A stretch of DNA of 64,000 nucleotides from an uncultured Eubacteriales bacterium (GTDB lineage: Bacteria > Bacillota > Clostridia > Christensenellales > UBA1242). The position numbers and the translations under genes were made by a program. Each line of letters begins with the position of its first letter. Within the stretch, counting starts at the first letter, position 1. The notes beneath the pieces are model-generated. The model saw only the letters and a list, made by a program, of their open reading frames with translations. It ran no database searches and was not told the DNA's origin. The DNA lies in assembly GCA_902476355.1 (NCBI GenBank), contig CABSCS010000007.1, positions 3,503-67,502 of the forward strand, given 5' to 3'. Positions 1 through 9,866 of this stretch are shown here, piece after piece.

Positions 1-1
1 T

Positions 2-223
2 GCACAGGTGAAAGAAATTGCTGGCGAGTGTGGTTTTGCAACTGACAACAAACTTTATAAAGCAAATCCAGAGGCTTTCAAAGGAAATGTTGCTGATGCT
101 TGCGCACTCATTCGTGTTGCTGTCACCGGAACAAATCAAACCCCAGACCTTTGCACAATTTTGAAAATCCTTGGCAAAGAAGAGGTTGAAAAACGACTTG
201 CTTTTGTTCTTGAAAACTTATAA
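2..223 (+). CDS. gltX: glutamate--tRNA ligase, C-terminal fragment (5' part outside window)
   Basis: Open from the window edge. The tail ..ALIRVAVTGTNQTPDLCTILKILGKEEVEKRL.. matches the conserved GltX C-terminal motif (RVA(L/V)TG..sPpl.e.m.lLGkee...RL). Confidence 0.6.
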   Translation, partial: AQVKEIAGECGFATDNKLYKANPEAFKGNVADACALIRVAVTGTNQTPDLCTILKILGKEEVEKRLAFVLENL

Positions 224-254
224 AATCAAAAATAAAACGCAAAAATATTAAAAA

Positions 255-280
255 AGAGTGCAATTTCGCACTCTTTTTTT
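255..280 (+). terminator. rho-independent terminator after gltX
   Basis: Hairpin gagtgc-aatttc-gcactc followed by a T7 run. Confidence 0.7.
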
Positions 281-353
281 GTCAAATGCTCAAAATTGTT
301 TGAAGCAATCAATAAAATATTGTATCATATTATGGTATCAAAGGAGAAAAAAT

Positions 354-1535
354 ATGAGAACAGTTGGAACATCTGCTTTCGGAGTGAGAACTCCAATCAT
401 CAGAAACGGAGACAATCTTGTTGACATTGTTGCAACAAGCGTTGTGAACGTTGCGAAAGACAAAAATTTTGAACTTAAAGACAAAGACATTGTTGCTGTA
501 ACCGAGGCGGTTGTTGCAATTTCACAAGGGAACTTTGCGTCGGTTGACGACATTGCAAAAGATGTGCGAAGCAAAGTTGGAGAAGGAAAGGTTGGTTTGA
601 TATTTCCAATTCTTTCAAGAAACCGTTTTGTTGGAATCTTGGAAGGAATTTCAAAGTCTGTTGACGAACTAGTAATTCAACTTTCATATCCATGTGACGA
701 GGTTGGAAACCCTCTTGTTTCTGCCAAAGAACTTTATGAAAAGGGAATCTATACCTATGGAAAGTCATACACTGCCGAAGAGTTCTATAAACTTGTTGGC
801 AAGGTTGAACATCCATTCACCGGCGTTGACTATATCAAAGAATATTTGAGCGTTTGTGGCAAAAAAGCAACCGTGATTTTGTCAAACGACCCACTTGAAA
901 TTTTGAAATATACAAACAAGGTTATTGTTGCAAGCATCCACACAAGAGAAATGAACAAAGACCTTTTAAAGAAAAATGGGGCAAAAGTTGTGATCGGCCT
1001 TGATGACATTTTGAACAAGCCAAGCAAAGTTCATGGCTATCATGAAAAATATGGCGTTCTTGGCTCTAACCGTTCAACAGACGGACACCTTAAATTGTTC
1101 CCAAGAAATGGCGAAGAGTTTGCACTTGCACTTCAAAAAGAACTTAAAAAACGCACAGGCAAAACACTTGAATGCATGGTATATGGCGATGGTGCGTTCA
1201 AAGACCCAGTTGGCGGAATTTGGGAACTTGCCGACCCAGTTGTAAGCCCTGGTCACACAAAAGGCTTGAACGGAACTCCAAGCGAAATTAAACTTAAATA
1301 TGTTGCGGACAACAATTTCGAAAATCTTCGTGGCGAAGAACTTGAAAAGGCAATGAGAGAGTTCATTAAAAACAAAACCAAAGACACCAAAAACAAAAAA
1401 GAATGTCTTGGAACAACCCCAAGAAGAATTGTAGACCTTGTTGGTTCACTTTGCGACCTTATGAGTGGAAGTGGAGACAAAGGAACCCCAGTTGTGCTTA
1501 TCACAGGCTATTTCGACAACCTTTCAAATGACTAG
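354..1535 (+). CDS. CofE-like (F420-0:gamma-glutamyl ligase family) protein
   Basis: ATG at 354 lies 7 nt after AAAGGAGAA. The N-terminus ..RTPIIRNGDNLVDIVA...DKDIVAVTEAVVAISQG.. resembles the CofE/COG1478 signature. The ORF-track start at 258 has no RBS. Confidence 0.5.
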   Translation: MRTVGTSAFGVRTPIIRNGDNLVDIVATSVVNVAKDKNFELKDKDIVAVTEAVVAISQGNFASVDDIAKDVRSKVGEGKVGLIFPILSRNRFVGILEGISKSVDELVIQLSYPCDEVGNPLVSAKELYEKGIYTYGKSYTAEEFYKLVGKVEHPFTGVDYIKEYLSVCGKKATVILSNDPLEILKYTNKVIVASIHTREMNKDLLKKNGAKVVIGLDDILNKPSKVHGYHEKYGVLGSNRSTDGHLKLFPRNGEEFALALQKELKKRTGKTLECMVYGDGAFKDPVGGIWELADPVVSPGHTKGLNGTPSEIKLKYVADNNFENLRGEELEKAMREFIKNKTKDTKNKKECLGTTPRRIVDLVGSLCDLMSGSGDKGTPVVLITGYFDNLSND

Positions 1536-1782
1536 TTTTGATAAATCGACTATGAATTTTTCTATTTGTAAAAAATATACAGAGTTAGAACTTAAAGAGT
1601 TAGATATTAAAAGTCTAATTCTTTTTTATTTGTGAAATTTATAATCGCCAAAAATATTTTATCTATTGATGATGGAATTGCTGATAGAAAAAATGGTGTT
1701 TTTAAATATCAAAAATAATTTATATATTTGTAACTTTTTTTACGTTTGTGTGTTATAATGGTTCATACAGAGGAGAATTATC

Positions 1783-3051
1783 GTGGGTAGAAGAAGTATA
1801 ATATCTATGACAGCAGTAAGAAGAATTGCTTCAATGTCTAATAGAGTAAAAAGAGAAAAATATAATAATGAACTGATAAAATCACAAGGCAATGAAAAGA
1901 CACGACCTCCCCAATATAGTTTAAATAAAGTTGATTTTAACATTACGTCAAGGATTGCTCGTATTGAGATATTACAAACACAGGAATATAGAACAATACA
2001 AAAATATATAACGCAGAACTATGAGAAATATCCAGTTTACTCTGAATGGAAGATTAAAGAGAAAATATTAAAGAAAACATTAAAATTGACAAACTCAGAA
2101 TTGGAGTTACTGAACGTTAACGATGATGAGTTGATAAGGATGTTTGCCGAAGAAATTGTTTTAAAACTGGATAATGAAGAATTGTTTCCTTCATGGTTTA
2201 TAAAAATGTATTTGAAAAGAGATTTGGATTTTGATTTGCAAACCATGAAAAATGAATTAGATGATTATATTGGAAATCAAAATAACAAAATTAACGTTCA
2301 ACAAACAAATATTGATTGTTATAATAATGAAATTGTTGATTATAAAATAAAACTTCAAAAGCAACAAAAAAGAGGAAATAAATTAGTGTCAAAATTACAA
2401 AAATTATCTATATCAAAACCAAATATATTAAAATCAATAATCTCTTTCGGAATATATAATTATTTAATATCGAACAAAAGAAAAAGAAAATTAGAATTGA
2501 AATTGTCTACCTGTTATAATTTGATAGAAGAATTTAATAAAAATATTTTGGAAGACAGTGACGAGATAACTAAATGTAATAAAAATATAAAAAATTGCGA
2601 ATCAAATATTGGTAAAAAAGAAAAAGAGTTTAAAAATAAAAAAGAAGTAAGAATAAGTGATTATAACAAAAACTTGTCTGAGGTAAAGCCGTTATCAAAC
2701 ATCGTTGCACAAGATGAAAGTTTTACGATGTTGAAACTATTTAGTGGGCTTGAATATGAAAAAATAATTGGTGTCTATATAATACATAACAAAGAAAAAG
2801 ATAAATACTACGTTGGACAATCAAAAGACGTGATGAAACGTATTAAACAACATTTCAACGGAACTGTTCCTAAAAACTCTGTGTTCGCTGAGGATTATTA
2901 TACTTCACAAATGGAAAACAAAGATAATATTTTTGAATATAAAATTATTAGATGTGAGACAAAAGATGAATTAGATAGTTTGGAAAAGAAATTGATCTAC
3001 GAATATGATTCTTGGAATAGTGGTTATAATGGCACTAGTGGAAATATTTAA
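1783..3051 (+). CDS. coiled-coil protein with C-terminal GIY-YIG nuclease domain
   Basis: GTG start after GAGGAG. The C-terminus reads GVYIIHNKEKDKYYVGQSKDVMKRIKQH...LEKKLIYEY...GYN, giving the GIY / YxG / R / E / N catalytic pattern. The N-terminal ~300 aa are K/N/E/I-rich heptad-like. The gene is visibly more AT-rich than its neighbours. Confidence 0.7.
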   Translation: MGRRSIISMTAVRRIASMSNRVKREKYNNELIKSQGNEKTRPPQYSLNKVDFNITSRIARIEILQTQEYRTIQKYITQNYEKYPVYSEWKIKEKILKKTLKLTNSELELLNVNDDELIRMFAEEIVLKLDNEELFPSWFIKMYLKRDLDFDLQTMKNELDDYIGNQNNKINVQQTNIDCYNNEIVDYKIKLQKQQKRGNKLVSKLQKLSISKPNILKSIISFGIYNYLISNKRKRKLELKLSTCYNLIEEFNKNILEDSDEITKCNKNIKNCESNIGKKEKEFKNKKEVRISDYNKNLSEVKPLSNIVAQDESFTMLKLFSGLEYEKIIGVYIIHNKEKDKYYVGQSKDVMKRIKQHFNGTVPKNSVFAEDYYTSQMENKDNIFEYKIIRCETKDELDSLEKKLIYEYDSWNSGYNGTSGNI

Positions 3052-3054
3052 GAT

Positions 3055-3085
3055 AAAAACGAACCGTGATTGGTTCGTTTTTTAT
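3055..3085. terminator. bidirectional-looking terminator
   Basis: aaaaacgaacc-gtga-ttggttcgtttttt: stem flanked by an A-run and a T-run. Confidence 0.7.
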
Positions 3086-3396
3086 CTTTCAAGTTCCTCT
3101 TCGTCTTGTTTGGATTTTAGACCATTTTCTATGCTGGCAATTTTCTTTGCCTTCAAAAGATTGTCCAAATTTCGGTTTATGTTTTTTACGTTTGACGAAT
3201 AAAGGTTTTCATATGCAATTTTAAGTGCATTTTTTGTGCTTATCTTTTTCATATACATTTTTTGCCCATTTGTGCAGAATTTTATACATTTTTCGTTATA
3301 TATGTATAACAAAAATATTGACGATGTGCTTTTGATTGTTTTATACTTATATAACAATTTATAAATGTCAAAAATTATATCGCACAAAGGTGGAAA

Positions 3397-4227
3397 ATGA
3401 AGAAGAAAGTTGTTTGGGGCGAAAAGCGTTATTATACCGATTGGAAAGATAATAGTTTCATGAAAACTATTGTTCTTCGCGAAAAGAAAATCAAGAATAA
3501 CTATCGATATGTTCCATGCTGGTTTGTTCGCTTTTTTCAAGGACTTTTCTATTATGTTTTTGCTCTTCCAATTTTAACCATAATGCTCAAAGTTAAATAT
3601 GGCGTTAAAGTATATGGAAAAAAGAACATGCGAAAAGTGAAAGGTGGGGCAATTTTAATCGGAAACCACACCCACGCAATGGACGGCTGTTTTGCATCGG
3701 TGAATGTTGCGTTTCCAAAACGAAACTATATCATTACAAAGAAAGACGCGGTCGAAGTTATTTTTGCAAAGCATTTCACAAAGGCACTTGGTGCACTTCC
3801 TTTGCCAGATGAACCAAAGGGTCTTGCAAATTTGAGCAAGGCTATTGATTTCTATTTGAAGCATGGCAAAACTGTGACAATTTTTCCAGAGGCGTGCGTT
3901 TGGCCATATTATAACAAACTTCGTCCACTTGCTCCGGCTAACTTTCACTATGCAGTGAAAAGCAATGTTCCAGTTGTTCCATTTTGCGTTACATATCGTT
4001 ATGTAAAAGGCAAAAATTATTTGAATAAAAAACCAAAAGTAAACATTACAATTTTGGAACCAATCTATCCAGATTTGTCGCTTTCTCCAACCGAGGCAAA
4101 GAACAAACTTGCACAGCAAACAGAAGAGGCAATGCGAAAAGTGATTGACAAAGAAGATAACGTTGCTTTCTTTGAATATGTTCAAAAAGATAAAAACGAT
4201 GAAACAAACAAGATAGAGGAGAACTAA
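3397..4227 (+). CDS. lysophospholipid (1-acyl-sn-glycerol-3-phosphate) acyltransferase family protein
   Basis: HX4D acyltransferase motif (GNHTHAMDG) and a downstream FPEA(C) block. RBS aaaggtgg. Confidence 0.7.
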   Translation: MKKKVVWGEKRYYTDWKDNSFMKTIVLREKKIKNNYRYVPCWFVRFFQGLFYYVFALPILTIMLKVKYGVKVYGKKNMRKVKGGAILIGNHTHAMDGCFASVNVAFPKRNYIITKKDAVEVIFAKHFTKALGALPLPDEPKGLANLSKAIDFYLKHGKTVTIFPEACVWPYYNKLRPLAPANFHYAVKSNVPVVPFCVTYRYVKGKNYLNKKPKVNITILEPIYPDLSLSPTEAKNKLAQQTEEAMRKVIDKEDNVAFFEYVQKDKNDETNKIEEN

Positions 4228-4228
4228 A

Positions 4229-5545
4229 ATGTATCATCAGATTTTTCATGTTGGAAATATTATTTTCTATATTTTGCTTGCAGTTTGTGGTGTTTTGTTG
4301 ATTCAAAAAATCATTTATCACATTTTTGGACTTTTTCCATCAAAAAGATTTCCAGATGCAAAAAAAGACCATAAATATGCAATCATAATTCCTGCAAGAA
4401 ACGAAAGCAAGGTTATTGCTGGGCTTCTTGATTCCATCAAAAATCAAAATTATAATAAAGATTTGCTCAAAACTTTTGTTGTTGTTGAACAAGAATCCGA
4501 CCCAACTTGCGAAATTTGCAAAAACTATGAAAATGTTGAAGTATTTGTAAGGAAGCATCTTGAAAACAAGGGTAAAGGCTATGCTTTGGACGAGGTCATA
4601 AAACACATTTTTGCATCTAACGAAAAATATGAAGCATTTTTCATTTGTGATGCCGACAATGTTCTTGACAAGAACTTTATCATGGAAATGAACAAGTGTT
4701 TTGATATGGGCTATAAACTTTGCCTTGGCTATCGCAACAGCAAAAACTGGAATGGTGGCTGGGTTGCGTCTTGCAGTGCACTTACATTTTCAATGATAAA
4801 CACCTTTCAAAACAAAAGCAAAGCACGCTTCAACAGAAATGTTGTTGTAAGCGGAACTGGATTTTATATTGCTTCTGACATTTTGGAAGAACTTGGCGGT
4901 TGGGATTTTTGCACCCTTACCGAAGACTATGAGATTTCAACCTATTCAACTCTTCACAACATTAAAAGCACCTATAACGAATATGCCGAATATTATGACG
5001 AGCAACCAACAAGCCTGAAAACAAGTTGGAATCAGCGCCTTCGCTGGTGCAAAGGATATAGCCAAGTAAACAAAAAATATAACAAAAAACTTATCAAAAG
5101 CGTGATTTTTGATAGAGAGAAACGCTTGAACAAATTTGAATATGTTTTCAGCATTTTGCCGGTTATGGGATTGATTGCAACAACAATTCTATACACGCTT
5201 TTCACATTTGTTCTTGCAATTGTTGGCTCTTGCATTGGCTCGGCATATGCTTGGCCGGTTTGGAGAGCGTTTATCACAGTTGTTGGCGCAATGTATTTGT
5301 TTTTTGTGCTCTATTCAATGGTAATGTTGATTGCGGAAAGAAAGCACACAAACATTACAATGAAAAACTCTTTGATATGTTGCTTGATGAGTCCATTTTA
5401 TTGGGCTAGCTATGTTCCAATCTATGTCACCGCAATGTTTAAAAGAACGGTTGAGTGGAAGCCAATCATTCACAAAGTTCAAATGAGTGACGACGGAAAA
5501 ACCTCGGTTGAAGCAACCTTGGAAGAGGGTGTGGAAAAGAAATAA
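4229..5545 (+). CDS. membrane glycosyltransferase family 2 (processive-synthase-like topology)
   Basis: N-terminal TM, then YAIIIPARNE, the CDADN (DxD) block, QRLRWCKG (QxxRW), and C-terminal TM helices. Starts 1 nt after the acyltransferase stop. Confidence 0.7.
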   Translation: MYHQIFHVGNIIFYILLAVCGVLLIQKIIYHIFGLFPSKRFPDAKKDHKYAIIIPARNESKVIAGLLDSIKNQNYNKDLLKTFVVVEQESDPTCEICKNYENVEVFVRKHLENKGKGYALDEVIKHIFASNEKYEAFFICDADNVLDKNFIMEMNKCFDMGYKLCLGYRNSKNWNGGWVASCSALTFSMINTFQNKSKARFNRNVVVSGTGFYIASDILEELGGWDFCTLTEDYEISTYSTLHNIKSTYNEYAEYYDEQPTSLKTSWNQRLRWCKGYSQVNKKYNKKLIKSVIFDREKRLNKFEYVFSILPVMGLIATTILYTLFTFVLAIVGSCIGSAYAWPVWRAFITVVGAMYLFFVLYSMVMLIAERKHTNITMKNSLICCLMSPFYWASYVPIYVTAMFKRTVEWKPIIHKVQMSDDGKTSVEATLEEGVEKK

Positions 5546-5755
5546 AAGCACTAAAAATAATGCCTGAAACACTAAAATTGGTTTTGATAACTTCGTAAAT
5601 TTGCAAAAAATTAGTTGTGGAAAACATTATAAATCAGAATTGAAGAAGCTTTGAAGAAAGTTATATTCAGTTAATGTGGTTTAAAAAGCGTTGCAAACAT
5701 GAATTTGATTAGTTGTTGAACATGTTATAAAATTGAATTTATGCTTTATAAAAAT

Positions 5756-5790
5756 AAAAATCTCACGGTGAAAGTGGGATTTTTTATTTT
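5756..5790 (+). terminator. rho-independent terminator
   Basis: aaaaatctcac-ggtgaaa-gtgggatttttt. Confidence 0.6.
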
Positions 5791-5961
5791 GGTTGATTTA
5801 AAAAGAAAAATATGGTGATAGAGTATAAGGAATAAGCCCAAAATTACGCTTTGAAGCGAGATTGATTTATTGTTTGATAAAATACTAATAAAACCCAATA
5901 GACCAAGAACATTGCGTGGTTTTTATTTTAAAATGAAACGGAAATATCAATTTTTTCGCAT

Positions 5962-5998
5962 GAAAAAAAGCCTTGCAAAGGTGAACTTTGCTTGGCTT
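5962..5998 (-). terminator. terminator of the 6012..6581 gene
   Basis: On the minus strand: agccaagcaaag-ttcac-ctttgcaaggct followed by T7. Confidence 0.6.
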
Positions 5999-6011
5999 TC
6001 TATTTTTCGCA

Positions 6012-6581
6012 CTAAGCCTTCATAAGTTTTTTTGTAACAAGGCTTCCGAAAGAAAGGGTAGAAGTTACAAATGCAACGATAACGCCTGCACCGAACTTGT
6101 AACCTTCACTGAACTTGGTTGAAACAACTTCAACATTCATAAGTGCTCCAACACTGATAAGTGCTGCAAGAGATGCTGCAAACATTACAAGTACTGCAAT
6201 TCCTGCAAGAAGAGCGGTGTTGATTTTGAACATTGAAAGAAGAAGTGCAACAACTAAAACAAGTCCTGCAACAGCGGCTGTAAATTCCATCCAAGCGGCA
6301 AAGCCAAGTTTTCCTTTATAGTTGTCATTGTTTTTAAGAGATGCAAGTTCTGTATAGTGTGCTGCTTTGTTAAGGTTAAGGTTTGTTGTTTCTTCTTGTG
6401 CTTTTTCTTTTGCTTTTTCAACGCTGATAAAGCAAATCTCAGATGCTGAAAATGCACGGTTGTCTGAATCTTTTGCTTTGATTGTTGGCACAAAGAACAT
6501 TACAATTGACACAACAGCAAGAGCAAGTGCAACAAAACTTAAAATTGTTCCGAGCAATTTATTTTTTGATTTTTTTGCCAT
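6012..6581 (-). CDS. hypothetical membrane protein
   Basis: RBS aaggagaaaaact before the ATG. One N-terminal and about three C-terminal hydrophobic helices. No recognisable motif. Confidence 0.6.
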   Translation of the reverse strand: MAKKSKNKLLGTILSFVALALAVVSIVMFFVPTIKAKDSDNRAFSASEICFISVEKAKEKAQEETTNLNLNKAAHYTELASLKNNDNYKGKLGFAAWMEFTAAVAGLVLVVALLLSMFKINTALLAGIAVLVMFAASLAALISVGALMNVEVVSTKFSEGYKFGAGVIVAFVTSTLSFGSLVTKKLMKA

Positions 6582-6675
6582 AGTTTTTCTCCTTTTTTTA
6601 AAACTGATTATAGTTTAGCATATGTTGAAAAAATTGTTCAACAAAAAAACAGTGTTTTTTCAAATTTTGTTATTT

Positions 6676-7545
6676 TTATATGATTTTGTTGAAAATTTCT
6701 TTTATCAGTTTTTTGTGTTTTGCACAAGGTTGGCAAAGTGGCATCCGATAGATTGGTTTTACAAGAGAAAAGAGCGATAAATAATATTTGATAGGAATCG
6801 GGTTGGTTTCAACTTGAAGCGCATTTATAAGTGGTTCAAATTTTTGATATAAGTTTTTCACAAGTGTTGGGTCAAATGGATACATTTCAAAAAGAGAGTG
6901 AACAAACTCGGGCATTGCATTTCCAAGAACCGAAACAACCCCACATGCTCCAACTGAAAGCATTGGTAAAATGAAATTGTCGTTTCCGCATAAAATTTGA
7001 AAAGAATCACAAATGAGTTCACTTTCTTTCACAATGTCTGAAAAGCATGTTGATGCTTCTTTAACTCCAATAATGTTTGGGTGAGCAGAAAGCGTTTTCA
7101 TAGTCTCAAACTCAATTGTGCTTGCTGTTCTGGATTTGATGTTATAAAGGATAATTGGAGCGGGCGAAAAGTTTGCAAGGGCGGTGAAGTGTTTTTTTAT
7201 TCCGTTTTGTGTTGGCTTTATATATGGCGGAACTGCAATCAAAAAAGCATCGGCACCAAGGCTTGCGAAAAGCGAAATTTCTTTTTTACAACTTGCCGTT
7301 GAATATCCTAAAATCGAAACAATAAGTTGAATATTTTTTGGAACTTTTTCTCTTGCAATTTTCATGATTTGCTTTCTTTCTGAAAGTGTAAGTGTGTGTC
7401 CTTCACCAGTGCTTCCAAACAGAACAATGCCGTCAGTATTTTCATAAATTTGCTTGTCTAGCAGTTTTTCTAGCGATGCATAGTCAACTTTGCTTTGGCT
7501 TAAAAATGGTGTTACAAGTGCAGTATAGTTTCCAAAAAGTTTCAT
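6676..7545 (-). CDS. dapA: 4-hydroxy-tetrahydrodipicolinate synthase
   Basis: N-terminus ..TALVTPF......VDYASLEKLLDKQI...DGIVLFGSTGEGHTLTLSER.. is the typical DapA signature. Overlaps the lysC stop by 4 nt. Confidence 0.85.
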   Translation of the reverse strand: MKLFGNYTALVTPFLSQSKVDYASLEKLLDKQIYENTDGIVLFGSTGEGHTLTLSERKQIMKIAREKVPKNIQLIVSILGYSTASCKKEISLFASLGADAFLIAVPPYIKPTQNGIKKHFTALANFSPAPIILYNIKSRTASTIEFETMKTLSAHPNIIGVKEASTCFSDIVKESELICDSFQILCGNDNFILPMLSVGACGVVSVLGNAMPEFVHSLFEMYPFDPTLVKNLYQKFEPLINALQVETNPIPIKYYLSLFSLVKPIYRMPLCQPCAKHKKLIKEIFNKII

Positions 7546-8708
7546 ATTTTTCTCCTTTTTATAAGGTCATTGTGAAGCGCTTTTGAAAGCAAAAGTGCTT
7601 GGTTTGGTTTTGTAACAATTTTTATGGTTGTTGGTGAAATTGAAATTATAAATGTAAAAATGTTTAATTTTTGGCATGTTTTATACAAATAAGATTTCAG
7701 TTTCTCGTGATTTGTAAATCCGCAACCAACAATTGTAATCATTTCACACTTTTTCAAGGTTGTTTTTTCAAGGTTTTTTAATGCTGACTTATCTTCTCTT
7801 GAAATATTGTCTAAAACTGCGTGAAAAAATTGCGCATTTTTATTTGAAAAATGGTCAAAATAAATGTTTTGAGCCTGTTTTTCACAAATATTTTGGATAA
7901 TTTGCGGAAAATCTGCGTTTTTTGAATATGCCAAAACAAGATTGTTTTTAAAAGACAGCGCATCAGTGCGTGAAAACTGAACAGGAAAGTTATAAAGACT
8001 TGTTCCGTTTTTGGTTTGACTTTTGCGAACTTCGGTTTCGGTGTCACATGCATGTGCAATTTCAAGGCTTTGTTGTTCCATTATTTTTGCCCCACAAGAA
8101 GAAAGTTCAATTGCTTCTTGAATATTTAAATTTTCAAGTTGTTTGGCTGTTTTAATTTGATTTGGATTTGCGGAAAAATATCCTTTAACATTGGTATAAA
8201 TAACGCATTTTGCATTCAGTGCCGAAGCAAGTGCGGTTGCAGAAATGTCTGACCCTCCGCGACGAAGCATACACAAATTTCCGCTTTGGTCAATTGCTTG
8301 AAAACCGGGAACAATTGCAACTTTTTTCTGCGATAGTGTGTGCAAAATTCTTTGTGTTTCAATGTGGGTCAAAACCCCACAATCGTTTTCGCCCTTGCAG
8401 AACATGCGAATGTTTTCTGGATAAAGAACAACATTGTCAACGCCAATGTTTTCAAGTGCAAGCGAAAGAACGTTTGCGCTTATTTTTTCACCAATGCAAA
8501 CAAGTTCAGGAAGTTTTTCTTTTGGAAGATTTTTGTTTGCTTTTTTTGCAAGATTCAAAAGTGCATCGGTGGTTTTTCCCATTGCGCTTACAACAATAAC
8601 AAGTTCGTTTGCCTTGGTTTTAAGAAAATATGAAACAAATTCTGCAACTTTTTTAACTTTTGAAACTGTGGAAAGACTGCTTCCACCAAACTTTATAACA
8701 AAACGCAT
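7542..8708 (-). CDS. lysC: aspartate kinase
   Basis: MRFVIKFGGSSL...VVSAMGKTTDALL is the amino-acid-kinase signature. It lies directly upstream of dapA. Confidence 0.85.
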   Translation of the reverse strand: MRFVIKFGGSSLSTVSKVKKVAEFVSYFLKTKANELVIVVSAMGKTTDALLNLAKKANKNLPKEKLPELVCIGEKISANVLSLALENIGVDNVVLYPENIRMFCKGENDCGVLTHIETQRILHTLSQKKVAIVPGFQAIDQSGNLCMLRRGGSDISATALASALNAKCVIYTNVKGYFSANPNQIKTAKQLENLNIQEAIELSSCGAKIMEQQSLEIAHACDTETEVRKSQTKNGTSLYNFPVQFSRTDALSFKNNLVLAYSKNADFPQIIQNICEKQAQNIYFDHFSNKNAQFFHAVLDNISREDKSALKNLEKTTLKKCEMITIVGCGFTNHEKLKSYLYKTCQKLNIFTFIISISPTTIKIVTKPNQALLLSKALHNDLIKRRKI

Positions 8709-8826
8709 TTTTGTCTCCTTTGCAACTTATTGTATGAGTTTTAGCCATTAAGTGTTTCTTCACTTTAAAATTTCGCTTGCTATCACTTTGATAAAATGAT
8801 AATATATTCATATAAAGGTGAAAAAA

Positions 8827-9855
8827 ATGGCAAAAATTTCTAAATGTAAAAATTGTGGGGCAGAACTTGTTTTCAGCCCAAGCAAAAAATGTCTTGTTTG
8901 CAGAAGTTGCGGAAGTGAGTTTCCGGTTTTAACCGAAAGTGGACAAATCAAAAGAAGAGTCTATTCTTTTGACTATGACCAAAATGACAACAGAGTTGAC
9001 GAAACTCAATATGAGTGCCCAGCATGTGGCTCTAAAATCATTTCAGGAAAGGAACGACCTCTCGGGATTTGTGCATCTTGCGGAAACACAAATTTGATTA
9101 AAAAGTCAGAGTCGGTTTTGATTCCGGACGGAATTGTGCCTTTTGAAATTTCAAAAGACAAAGCGGGTGAAATTTTTCAAAATTTCGTAAAGTCAAGAAA
9201 GTTTGCTCCATCAGATTTAGCACAAATGGCAAGGTCGCAAAAACTTATTGGTGTCTATAACCCAACATGGCGTTTTGGTTTTGAAACCCACATCAGATAT
9301 TCCTATGTTGGTGTGAAAAAATATCTTGACAAAGAAGACCATGAATATGTGAGATATTATCCAGAGGAAAAAAGCAAAGAAGAACGCTTTGAAAACGTGC
9401 TTTTAAGTGGAAACCGAAAAATTGATGACAAAGTGCTTTCGGAAATTGGTGACTATGATTTTTCAAAAGCAATTCCATATTCAAGCGATTATGTTTTGGG
9501 CTTCTATGTGACCGACACAAATCGCGACCTTCATATTGTGTATGACAAATATAAAGATGAAATGTCCTATCAAAACCAAAAAGAAGTTGAATCGCGCGTT
9601 CGCAAAAACTTTGATTCGCTTGAAAATTTTGTTTGCAAAACAAGGTTTAAAGACGAGGCTTTCAACTATGTTGGCGTTCCAATTTGGGCAAACCACTATA
9701 CATATAAGGGTAAAGAATATCACTGCTATATCAACGGTCAAACCGGGAAATATACGGGCAGTGCTCCAAAATCTGTTTGGAAAATTTTGGGAACAATTGG
9801 CGCGGGCATTCTTGGTGTTGGGCTTTTGGTTCTTTTGCTTATTAAACTTTTATAG
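8827..9855 (+). CDS. hypothetical zinc-ribbon protein with C-terminal TM anchor
   Basis: CKNCG..x..CRSCG and CPACG..x..CASCG Cys pairs. C-terminal helix ILGTIGAGILGVGLLVLLLI. The ATG at 8827 has better RBS spacing than the GTG at 8818. Confidence 0.55.
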   Translation: MAKISKCKNCGAELVFSPSKKCLVCRSCGSEFPVLTESGQIKRRVYSFDYDQNDNRVDETQYECPACGSKIISGKERPLGICASCGNTNLIKKSESVLIPDGIVPFEISKDKAGEIFQNFVKSRKFAPSDLAQMARSQKLIGVYNPTWRFGFETHIRYSYVGVKKYLDKEDHEYVRYYPEEKSKEERFENVLLSGNRKIDDKVLSEIGDYDFSKAIPYSSDYVLGFYVTDTNRDLHIVYDKYKDEMSYQNQKEVESRVRKNFDSLENFVCKTRFKDEAFNYVGVPIWANHYTYKGKEYHCYINGQTGKYTGSAPKSVWKILGTIGAGILGVGLLVLLLIKLL

Positions 9856-9866
9856 GAAGATAAAAA

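Noticed and set aside
3082-3540. 152-aa minus-strand ORF overlapping the start of the acyltransferase gene
   Set aside because: The long form runs antisense through the 3397 gene's promoter, RBS and start, and has junk-like composition. Only its last 56-58 codons (3082..3258, MKKISTKNAL...) are free-standing. Even that short form has a weak RBS, so I did not call it.
8210-8751. Plus-strand ORFs antisense to lysC (8210..8599, 8340..8633, 8434..8751), and similar antisense ORFs within dapA, folD, rpoA and others
   Set aside because: All lie fully inside well-supported genes on the opposite strand. They lack RBSs and have atypical composition.
8709-8817. Lysine riboswitch (L-box) upstream of lysC-dapA
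   Set aside because: Only about 109 nt separate lysC from the divergent gene. That is too short for an L-box, and no conserved L-box helices were seen.
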